The notes below the pieces were generated by a model that saw nothing but the letters and a program-made list of their open reading frames with translations, was not told the origin of the DNA and did no database searches. The position numbers were made by a program, and so were the translations under genes. From Octopus sinensis (lineage: Eukaryota), in NCBI RefSeq assembly GCF_006345805.1, contig NC_042997.1, positions 180,854,001 to 180,918,000 on the forward strand: 64,000 nucleotides of DNA, given 5' to 3'. This document shows positions 52,704-64,000 of this stretch, one piece after another (positions within the stretch are counted from its first letter, which is position 1; every line of letters begins with the position of its first letter).

Positions 52704-53356
52704 TATGTATACAGGTAGTATATGCATACATCCATACATGCATGCATGCATGCATCCATCCATCCATCCATCTATCCATCCATCCATCCATACATACATA
52801 CATGCATACATACATACGTGCATACATACATACATACATACATACATACATGCGTACATACATGTATGAAAGCTGTAACTATTATATTAACGAAGTATTA
52901 TATTGTTCACTTACACGCGTGCAACTACTGTCTGTCATTGATAAAGTGATTTCCTTTATAAGTATTAACTTCTTATCTTCAAAATACCCAAGCATAAAAT
53001 ACATTATATCTTGCAGCTGTACGGATTTATTATGTGGCAATATTCATCTAGGTCGATTGGTGCTTAGTTCCGTCTCTAACCTTCTGTTCTTGATAAATGT
53101 GGTTGCATCTTGGCAATGTGCAAGTATAAGGACGATGTAATAGTGTGAACCATCGTATTTGTTTTTGCTTTTGCTTGCCCAACCATGCTGAAACCTGTAG
53201 TGGGTTCATAAAAGCATTTTCACTTTTCGTTTTATTTCTCGATGTTTGGTAGAAACTAGACTATTGTTGTGTCTGTGTCTGTGTATGTGCGTGTGCGTAT
53301 GTGAGTGGGTTAGGGTTATATATGTATATATATATATGCATATATATATGCATATA

Positions 53357-53399
<43 letters not shown>

Positions 53400-53843
53400 G
53401 CATATATATACATATATATTTATTTATTTATAGTTATAAGTATCTGTATATACATATAAATGTATGTATATATCAATATATATACATATATGTGTATATA
53501 ATAATAATTACCACATGTAAGTATGTAATAATAGCATACATATATACGTGTGCGTAAATATATGTACATTCATATACATACATATATAGAGAGGTACATA
53601 CGTTTTGTGAGCTAGCAATTGTGCGTGTTTGTGTGAAATTTTACATACAAATATTCATATGCGATTATATTTCGTCTTTGATTTTGTGTGAATCATATTG
53701 TTACCTGAAATCAAGTAAAACTTACCTATATTTACACCCTCACCCGTCTACGTAGCAGTATGTGTGTACATGTGCGTACCCGCAGTCGCAAAAATAACAA
53801 ACACATATATACATACTTGCATGCACACACATATATCTATATC

Positions 53844-53966
<123 letters not shown>

Positions 53967-54392
53967 CTCACGCACACGCAAATATGTGTATATACATATA
54001 TACACACATCTATATTTGCATATATATGTACATACACACACACACTCACACACACACACATATATATGTTGCATGAATACCAGTGATATTAAACATAATT
54101 TTGATTAAAACAAGAATGGAACTTTCCTTGATAATAGGAAATATTGAAATGAAGCGAAGTCGAATGAAAATAATTTCATTTTCAACAATAAGGTAAATAT
54201 TAACGCTATTTTCATTTTGTCGTGTTTGTACTTTCTATTGCTTTATGGTTTAGATATATTAAACTGTACATTTCTTCAGGGTAATGGTTCATAATAAACA
54301 TTATTTCATATTAATTCGTACATACCCAATCACTCTGTGAAGTATATTTGAAAATTGCTGTAAGAATTTACATTGGTTTTGGCTCTGTTTAT

Positions 54393-54468
<76 letters not shown>

Positions 54469-55149
54469 TATATACATATTTCAATTTTAATCTATTTTAG
54501 CCCATTATCATATTATATTCTAGAAACTATTTTCTTTATCACAATAACACAATTTTGAAACTCATAACATATGCTCGATATTGCTTATATTATATTTTGT
54601 TTTCATTTTTAACACAGGGGGAGATTATCTTTCCGTGGGTATTCTATAACTGACATGCTACCTTGCATTAAATTCTGTCTAGATCTGGCATTATGTCCCA
54701 TTATTGCCAAAACCGTTTTGACAAGTTTCAAAGCTTGTTCATTCGAAATAGCTCCACGTATTATGCATGAAAGAAATATTATGGTTATGAGGTTGTTGAA
54801 GTGCTCGTCTCGACTTAAGCTGCCTGTACTTTTCCATAACAGATGTGTACCTAACTAGTTTAAGTTTATACAAATTACATAGGTAAACACTTTCTAGATG
54901 TATATGCTCGAGTTTGTATGTGTAGTCTCCTTAATTATAAATTTGATGGTTTATCATAAATTTTGAAGTAAGTGGGAAGAAAATATTGAAGGCCAGTCTA
55001 CTCTCCCAAAACTTACATCTTAAAATAAGTACTTTGGCTAATGCAAACATAGATGCGCTAAGATTCACAAAAGACAAAATTTGAGTAAAAGTCTCAGCAG
55101 TAACAAAAGCTGAAAAAATTAATCTACATTAATTTAATCTGATTTAATC

Positions 55150-55381
55150 AACCAAATATGAACCATTTTGTTACACAATGCGTTTCCATCTTTCCTTTAA
55201 CGTGAAAATACCCTCTTCTCAGAATTGAGGTGGTTTCATGGCAAATAATTCATCAAGGCATCATTTTACGTCATCCAAAGAATTGAAATTTTTACCATTA
55301 AGACTATTCTGCAGATACCTGAATAAGTGGAAATCCGAAGGAGCAATATCTGGTAAATTTGGAGGGTGGGGTAACACATCT
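55150..55381 (-). pseudogene. Mariner transposase C-terminal remnant (same family as 58052)
   Basis: Reverse complement of DVLPHPP..PDIAPSDFHLFR.LQN.LNG..FNSLDDVK. Confidence 0.75.
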
Positions 55382-58051
55382 ACATGGCTATAAACAATAT
55401 GACGTCATAATTGGAAAGTGGCAATCAAATGCTGTGCCTCGTGTTAAAGCAACATGAGGGTCTTGGTTTGCTCTTTTTAGACTCATAGATGTGTGAATAT
55501 TCTTGCTTTGTGACTTATAAATCAATTTCCATTCCCTAGAACGGAGAAACGGCGTTCACTTGACTTCAATACCTCGAAGCTAAAGAGTGGGAGCAAAATA
55601 AATTCTGATGAAGGACAAAACTGATATATTTTCAAGTTTTGAGGTATTTCTTCAAGCTGGCGGGAGATTTTTTATCCTTATTCACTACTTTTGAAACTAA
55701 TCTTCCATAAAGTGATTATAGCGATTATGAATTTCTTATAAGAACTGTGTTTCTTTATATCGCGGATTAAACCTAAGCGTGCTAAGCCTTTAAACCTTCT
55801 CCTGTGTTCTTTCACCTGTGTTTCTTATATCGTCATATCAAAAGTTCCCTTTCATTCAAATTTGTAAATTGTTTTATTAGAATAAGAAGTTTGATCTTTA
55901 GAAATTATTTAAGATATATAATTGTTGCTGCAGTTGATCATTAGCTTTATGTTGGCACTGGTCTTGCATATCTATAGTCAAATGCTATTCCTCACACAAC
56001 TTTATTATGCACTTCATTTTAAAGATATTCAGGGAGATATTCTAGGAGTTTTCTTGTGCAAAACATTTTTATCAATTATTCAGAAGAAATGACAGGTCTC
56101 GTGACTCCTTTAAAACACCCAGCTATGGCAGGAAAGAGGGGTAAATATCTCCTGAAACCAGAGATATGAGCTTAGATATATGAAACAGCAAATTTCATTG
56201 AAGCCCCGAAGGGTCAGGTGGTGGTGCTCAAATGGGCGATGGATTAATTTAGGGGTAAACTTAAACAGAGGGATTTTGAATCCAAAAGCAAAGTGCTAGA
56301 ATAAATACCATAAATCATTCCAATCCATATCTCTACACTAATATTTAATCAAAACGCAAAATTACACTCTGTACAAACTGGATTCGGAAAGCAAGAAGCT
56401 GGAATAAATACCACAAGGGATTTTGTACGATACAGTTGTCCACATCACAGCAAATGACGAAGTAAACCAAATCGGCCAATACTAAATCCCTCATCCAAAA
56501 TGTAACTATGGGCTTTTCTGGAGCATTTGTATGAAAACAACCCTTACTTTGTATACTCAGCATGTGTTGTCAAAATTTGGAGATAAAAAGGCTAATGTAG
56601 CATATGCATTGCATGGAGATCTGTTGACAGAAATGACATCAGACTCGTGACAAAAAATAGAATAAACAGTATGATTAGTACAGTCAGAAGGAATAATTCT
56701 AAAATGATATACACCGCTTCCAAAGCGGCTGACAAAAACGAAAGACGAAAGATAAAACAAACTGCAAATAATGAAGAAAGCAGAGAAGTAAACAATAATT
56801 ATCTAGGTTTGTAGTTTTATATGTAACACGACATGGACTACTGTCAGGAGAGGAGAAAGACAAGGAAATCGAAATTGAGCAATCTTTCTTGAACTGTTTG
56901 CTAAATATGTGAGCGTCACCGCCAGATTTAGAGTTGATCTCATCTAAAAAGAAACTGCACGCGTCACCGGACTCGAATCTTATTTAGAATGACGTATTCG
57001 TCTGAGGCTACATATGTAAGAAAATCAATATTAAATGAAATCTAGCTAGCAACTACATCGTCATTTCTTATAGCTGAAACGAGAGGTATTTCCCACAGTG
57101 AACAAGGTTGCTATGTGTAAACACTCTGTCTGATAATGAAATCTGCGAACGTTTTATTGTAACATAGTATATATATTCTACATAGTTAAAGAGCTGAAGT
57201 GAATAACCTTATATAGTTGTTGGGAAGTAAATGGTTTACACATACAAATCATGAAGATTACAACTAAGACAGAGGCGTTAAAATGAATAGATCGTACAAA
57301 GGGCTTTAATCGATCATCGTTTTTCCACAATGTCAAAATGTGCACCACATAAACTTTGCTTGAACGTTGTATTTCTTTTATTAATACTTTAAAGTAGCAG
57401 TCCTGTTATATTGTTTTGTTTCAATGTAATACAATGCGCATGATTTTTTTCTTACATAAACTTAACACCTCATGTAAACTGAGTTAGTCAGGATTTGAGA
57501 ATAGTCTCCAACGCAAGTTGAGATTTCAGAGGAACGCATTCGGGGACTTTATAGTAAGCTCTTACAACTTTTAAACAATTTCTGATCGAAATTCGCAGAT
57601 GTTGTCGTAACAGATTCAGCCATAAAGTTACAGTAATACTGCTACGTAACATCATCTTTGAGTCTTTTATTTGCCTTGAAACTGACAGGATATTTATTAT
57701 AGAGACACCTACTGCATCAAGTGCTCCTCAGCAGAAAGACCTCCGTTTACGATAGCCATGTAGAATTAATAAAAATAATGTAGGTTGGGAAATTTATTTA
57801 AGTTAAGGAGTGCAAAAGAATTCAAAAAGATAAAATAAAAGGTAATACGGCAAGTATAAAATGCGAATAGCATTTTTATAAGAATCATAGTTGAGGAAAG
57901 AAGCAAAGTGTTATGCAAGAACCGAATATATAGGGGTATCTGCAACAACAGATTATTCTTCACACTTTGTACAGATTTTTGTCAAATTTAAATTTAGTGA
58001 GAATCTCAAGAAAACTCCTATGGAAGAAATAGTTATCAATAAATCGATGTA

Positions 58052-58606
58052 TTGGGTTGTCCGGAAAGTTCGTGCCGATTTATAGTAGCTTACCTTTCGA
58101 CTTATTTTAGAACATGGTTGAGTCCTTAAGACAGGATTTGACTACACCTCCATTTAGGACACAGTTTAAGCTATCTTCTATTGCAAGACTTTTTATGTTT
58201 CTATAACCTGTGTTAATTTTGTAACCCTTTAAAATTGGAAGATAAGAAACTTTATTTTCGGCACTTGATGCTTTGGGAACCAGACAAAAATTGCCGCTGC
58301 TCGGTTGGGACGTGTTACCCCACCCTCCATACTTACCAGATATTGCTCCTTCGGATTTCCACTTATTCAGGTCTCTGCAGAATAGACTTAATGGTTACAA
58401 TTTCAATTCCTTGGATGACGTAAAAAGATACCTTGATGAATTCTTTGCCATGAAACCACCTCAATTCTGGAAAGAGGGTATTTTTACGTTAAAGGAAAGA
58501 TGGAGACGCATTGTGCAACAAAATGGTTCATATTTGGTTGATCAAGTATTTATTGACCTTTTTTTCTTTCCTTTAAAAATCGACACGAACTTTCCGGACA
58601 ACCCAA
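58052..58606 (+). mobile_element. Internally deleted mariner (DD34D) element with both TIRs
   Basis: TIRs ttgggttgtccggaaagttcgtg(c)cgattt and aaatcg(a)cacgaactttccggacaacccaa, with TA on the left. N-terminal KLYFRHLMLWE is fused to GWDVLPHPPYLPDIAPSDFHLFRSLQN...ERWRRIVQQNGSY. Confidence 0.88.
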
Positions 58607-58753
58607 CAGATAAAATAAAAAATAAAAAATTTTACAGCGATGCTAATTGTACTATTTTTACTACACATATGCACATATTCCAACATGTGTGTGTGTGTTT
58701 GTGTGTGTGTGTGTATGTGTACATAGCGGTGGAACATAACTGGTCTACCAGTC

Positions 58754-58795
<42 letters not shown>

Positions 58796-58856
58796 ATATG
58801 ACTGACAAAGAAAGAGTAGGTTCTCAGATCGCCATACATCGAAACTGACGGGGAGT

Positions 58857-58894
<38 letters not shown>

Positions 58895-58953
58895 GTGCAT
58901 GTATAACTGTATGAATACACATCACACGTAGTGATCACACACACTTACACACA

Positions 58954-59016
<63 letters not shown>

Positions 59017-59044
59017 CATATAGAATATGATTCATTCTAGACGC

Positions 59045-59212
59045 TGGCATGTCTGTGTGGTAAGAAGCTCGCTTCCCAACCACATGCTTCCGAGTCCAGT
59101 TCCACTGCGTGGCACCTTGGGCAAGTGTCTTCTACTATAGCTTCAGGCCGACCAAAGCTTTGTGTTCGATTTGGTAGGCGGAAACTGAAAGAAGCCCGTC
59201 CTATATATATTT

Positions 59213-59279
<67 letters not shown>

Positions 59280-59556
59280 TGTATGTATGTATGTATGTAT
59301 GTAGTTATGTATGTATGTATGTATGTATGTATGTGTGTGTGTATGTATTTGAATGTGTGTCTGCGTTTGTCCCCACCATCACTTGACAACCGATGTTGAT
59401 GTGTTTACGTCCACGTAACTTAGCGGTACGGCAAAAGAACCCAATAGGAAAAGTACTAGCCTTACAAAGAGTATGTCCTGGGGTCGATTTGATCGTGTAA
59501 ACGCGGTGCTCCAGCTTTGCCGCAGTCAAATGACTGAAACAATTAAAAGAATAAAG
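59045..59556 (+). mobile_element. SINE family A with expanded (TATG)n core
   Basis: Homologous to 1023-1420. Confidence 0.85.
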
Positions 59557-59989
59557 GAATGTCGAACGGTTTGAGGGTCGCCTTCTCTCAGCCATGTCAC
59601 TGCATGGCCTGAGGCAAGCAAGATCTCTGCTTGACCTCACACATATGCTCTTTTATGGAACAAATAGAGATCCACCCAACAAGGGTGATATGTCCTGGAC
59701 CTCTGCTTCACAAACAACACGTCGTTCATCCATAATGTGAAAGTGACACCGACGATTTTCTAGAACCTTAACTTAATTAAGGTAACAATGTATGGTCCGA
59801 AGAAGACTACATAAATGCAGGCTACTAGAGGCACCCAACTCGTCTCCAGCCTGAATGTTCACAATGCCGATGGGAAAGATATTGAGAAAGAAGTCATGGA
59901 ACATAACTAGTCTGCAAGTCGCTCTACAGTATACATTAACCTAAAGCTACAACACCTTATGACATCTATCTTAAATTTGCTCCAGAGGG

Positions 59990-60578
59990 AATGCCAAACC
60001 AGTAGAAAAATGCAAAACCCAGGGATTCTAATGAGACGACAATCAAAAATCTCAAATCGTCTAAATGGGCCACTAAAGGATAACAAACCATCCTAGATCT
60101 AACATCGAGATTAAAAATGAACACTCCCATGGAAAGGAGAGGGCAGAAGGAGGCCAGGGCTGTCAAAATATTAAGACAAACCCTAAAGCTTTCTATATAG
60201 ATATGCAAAAGATCTGCTTCAGTACGGTACAAAATAGGGCCAGTATGTGAAGGAAATGGCACACCGACTGTAGCCCCCACCCAGAGGATCAGTGAAATAT
60301 TAAATGTGCAATACAAGAGTGCTTTCACCACTCTACTGGGAAACTTGCAAGTAGCTATGCTTGATGAGTTGTTTGGCTCCACAGTTCTACACAACAAAAT
60401 GGCAATTATTGATAGCATCAACATAGAGGACACTTATGCGATATCTGCCGTTGATGAGATGAGCATAAATTCAGCAACAATCCCTGATGGATTCCCAGCA
60501 ATCCTCCTAAAGAAATGCAATGGGGCCCTAGCGAGACCAATACAAATCTCTTCCAGTGCTTCCTCACAAGGAAACTTC
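59990..60578 (+). pseudogene. CR1-like LINE remnant (region upstream of RT)
   Basis: KTNPKAFY, KIGP, ISEILNVQYKSAFT and PDGFPAILLKKCNGALARP. Confidence 0.65.
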
Positions 60579-60602
60579 TATATATATGTATAGATATATA
60601 TA

Positions 60603-60671
<69 letters not shown>

Positions 60672-60861
60672 GTGTGTGTGTGTGTGTGTGTGTATGTATA
60701 TATATACATATATATATACATATATATATATACACATATATACATATATAAACATATATAGAGAGGGGAGAGAGATAGACTGATAGATGATAGATATACA
60801 TCTGTACATATATATATATGTGTGTATATACATATGTATGTATGTATGTAAGTATGTATGC

Positions 60862-61389
60862 TACTGGTAACATGTAACCCAGTACAACCTGTTACATGGT
60901 CGGGTCGTCGGCGACTAAACCGCTAACCCCACCAAGCTTGCTTGATGAGGAGGGTGGACACCCTGCGGGATGAAAAACAAAACCCGTCAAAAGGCGGAGG
61001 AACTCTTGAGAGTCAACGGCCATCCAATAAATGTCTTAAGGCTGTATCATGGGCGGGGGCATTAGAAATAATCGGACTGAATACCCGATCACGCAGTTAA
61101 ACCATTGGGACTGAAGGACTCCTAGCCTTTGTTAGGGCATCCTTCTAGGAGAAGTTAACTCAGGTAACTGGGATAACTCCGACATAAAACCTGCGGCTCA
61201 GTGGTTACCGATGATGTTGACTTGTTCTTCTTTTCGGATTATGGCTGCTGTTGCTTAGTGAGTGGGATTGACTCAGGGCACAGCTTTTCCTCACTTAAAA
61301 AAAATCTTCATGCACAGGCATTGCACGATAACAACATTGATTAAGCTTCGTGCAATGGCCATACTCGATAACGAGGGGTCAGCCACCAT
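60862..61389 (+). mobile_element. Bipartite non-autonomous RTE-dependent element (RTE 5'UTR-like body plus RTE 3' tail)
   Basis: The last 45 nt (61341-61385) match the RTE 3' end at 13836-13880 at 41/45 positions. gggcatccttctaggagaag..aactc..aaacc resembles RTE 5'UTR motifs. Tail is (ATGT)n. Confidence 0.7.
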
Positions 61390-61928
61390 GTATGTATGTA
61401 TGTATGTATGTATGTATGTATGTATGTATGTATGTATGTATGTATGTATACATGTATGTATGTATACATGTATGTATGTATACATGTATGTGTGTATATC
61501 AAAACAACTGACTGACAAGTCTTTAAGAAATCGTTTAGATTATTAATCAGTTGTTTAACTGGTATACGAATGAGGCAGGAACAGAACTAGTGTGAACGTG
61601 TATTTTTTAAATGATTTTAAAAATCATTTTACTTTGTCATTACATTTCTTTTGCAATTTCAGAAAGTTGCCCTCATTGTAAATGACTAACATTTTTATAT
61701 TTTGATAAATCAAAGATTTACATTTTCATATTCATTTGTGCTTAAATGTATATAAGCGAGAATAATGTAATTCATATGATGAGGTAGATAAATATTAATA
61801 TATGTATTGAATAGTGATTGTTAAGAAACTCCAATATTTCCCAAACATTTCCTATCTTCAGATCTCTTGGACATCTTACAATAAGAACATGACCTTTGAA
61901 GAAAATTTTATTTATATAAACTCATACG

Positions 61929-61971
<43 letters not shown>

Positions 61972-62145
61972 CACACACACACACACTCACCCAAGAACGC
62001 ACATACACACACGTGTATGTGTGGGGGGAAGAGAGAATGGAAGTGGGAAAGAGTGAGTGAGAAAGAGAACATGATATATGTAAATATAGAGAGATAGGTA
62101 GGTAGGTAGATAGATAGATAGAAAGATAGATAAACAGACAGATAC

Positions 62146-62233
<88 letters not shown>

Positions 62234-62329
62234 GAGCGTGCATGCATGCTTGCTTACATATATACATATATATATTCATACTTACATACATATATACATA
62301 CATGCATACATCTGATAGCCCAGAATACA

Positions 62330-63010
62330 TGCCCAAAGAAGTCGCACGATGAACATATATGGACGTAATACTATGCATAGATATGTTAGTAGAAAGCTCC
62401 GAGATTATAGTAATATCGATCATCAAAGCAGTCTATCATGGACCAATAGCGGGATTACTACCTCCCACTTTAAAGGGTATACGTTTGCAATCCAGGAACA
62501 GGAAATATCAACCAAGTACTTCATGCACATAAGGGATATAGATGCAAAAAAAGCCGTAAAATGTGACAACTGATGCAGACGTTGTGGAGTTCACACTGAA
62601 GATATCACCCACATCATAAGCCGTTGTCTAAAAATGTCATCACGATTTTATCTACCGATGAGATATGATGTTGTATCTAGGAGACGCTATATTGAAATCC
62701 GTTGGATGGATAACCCCGAGAACAAAGAAAGGAGAACCCAGAGTATGGTAGAAACCATAGCCACTCATAATAAAAAGGAGTACTGGTGGAATGTCCCAGT
62801 GAAGACCTCAATAAAATGTAAGCACAACAGACTTGATATAATGATTTGAGATAGAGAAGAGAAATTCTGTACAGTTCTGTACAGTGGAAATTAGCTGGCC
62901 AGCGGATGTTAACATAAAGCTAAAGATCAGTGAAAAAGAGAACATGTACGCTCAACTATTGAAAAATTTGTTGTTACTCTATTCAGATTACAAGTTTATG
63001 TTTATACCTG
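62330..63010 (+). pseudogene. R4/Dong-type LINE fragment (CCHC plus RLE)
   Basis: FAIQEQEISTKY, CRRCGVHTEDITHIISRC, MRYDVV, EYWWNVPVKTSIKCKHNRLDI and EISWPADVNI. Confidence 0.75.
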
Positions 63011-63225
63011 TACATCAAATCAATAGTGGAATTTGTCCATCGATGGTTCGTGACGAAATAAGCAACCCGTTTCAGGTATATAACATTTGCAATTTGAAAA
63101 ATAGGAATGGTAGATTGATTTACTAGTACTTTTATATCTATTCAAAAAGAAGAATACCCATCGGAATGAAACGTGATAATGAGTAGGATTTACAAAGAAG
63201 TCAGCGACTTGCGTTTATCTAAAAA

Positions 63226-63610
63226 CTAGCAGTATCGCCCGGCGTTGCTCGGGTTTGTTTCGACCCTTTAGAATTGGAATTTTTGAAAAGTAAAAATTTT
63301 GCATTATGTAGCTTGTTATTCTTTTTAAGGGAACATTTTTGTGGTTGAAATACACCGAAAATTGGCGACACAGCAGTCAAAAAATCGTAAAAATTAGGGA
63401 TGATCATAGAAAAAATGTACCTTTTTGATGTAAATAATTTTTGGTCTTAACATGGTCCGATTTGAATTCTACGAAATGAAGAGCAAACCTTCTTCTATCA
63501 TACTCTCAATTTTGGTCAACTTGCGCCTCAGAGCCTCGGAGGAGATAGTGTTAGTTGAAGGCTACCAAACCTGCCACACACAGACAACTTCAGTTTTGTA
63601 TATATAGAGA
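63226..63610 (-). mobile_element. Non-autonomous Helitron-like element
   Basis: Same CTAG and hairpin 3' end as 1846, 5' TC, A|T target. The internal sequence differs. Confidence 0.72.
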
Positions 63611-64000
63611 TATGTAAACAAAATAACATCAGCTAATAGGAATGAATTTCTATAAATTTGATACGACACACATAAATTGAGTGCAGAACAAGTTAAAGAC
63701 ATTTTCAAAAGTTATATATTTACATTAAGCGGTGCTGTGTGAAATTTATTTTGAAAGATTTATCGTTGCTAATCTATGAACAGTTTCTTATATGAAGCTA
63801 TGTAACGCGTGACACGAACCACATTTTATCAAATGTATATGTGAGAATTCACGAACAGAATAACTAACAGAGCGTAAACGCTGGCTTTTAATATTCTGAA
63901 GGAAAATAGTCAAGATACCAGCCAGGCAAACAGCATCGAACAATTCTATAATTATTGGAATCATACTGTATTATGAATTCAGTGCGTAGACCTTTACATC

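Noticed and set aside
54616-54858. Plus-strand acceptor (ttttaacacag) followed by an ~80-codon open frame
   Set aside because: No recognisable protein similarity and no supporting neighbouring exons.
56345-56620. KVRVVF motif suggesting a BEL/Pao remnant
   Set aside because: Only one short motif in a heavily disrupted frame.
60925-61005. Twister-like arrangement (ctaa-cccc...tgcggg..cccg..ggcggagg)
   Set aside because: The conserved loop-4 nucleotides needed for the two pseudoknots are absent.

Overview
AT-rich, microsatellite-dense eukaryotic DNA, almost entirely intronic or intergenic. The repeat repertoire (tRNA-derived SINEs with internal TA/TG tracts, RTE LINEs with C-terminal C2H2 fingers, R4/Dong-type remnants in (ATT)n) most resembles an octopod cephalopod genome; this is an inference. 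Most ORFs in the track are microsatellite or SINE translation artefacts. I can support one candidate host exon (828-983, minus strand), one tRNA-Glu(TTC) copy that is probably a pseudogene, and many transposon remnants (RTE, R4/Dong, CR1, Penelope, mariner, DD37D-like Tc1/mariner, hAT, Helitron). The most striking signal is not in the ORF track. About a dozen type-I hammerhead ribozyme (HHR) motifs, intact or decayed, belong to several unrelated sequence families. Most sit in non-coding Penelope-like inserts flanked by (TA)n, and many form head-to-head fold-back structures. Examples are a ~5.9 kb fold-back with outward-facing HHRs, a GIY-YIG fragment followed by an HHR, and a tRNA-headed SINE (tRNA head-(AAT)n-HHR-tail) whose three loci all show Penelope-style 5' inversions. 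All folds were made by eye; no searches or folding software were run.
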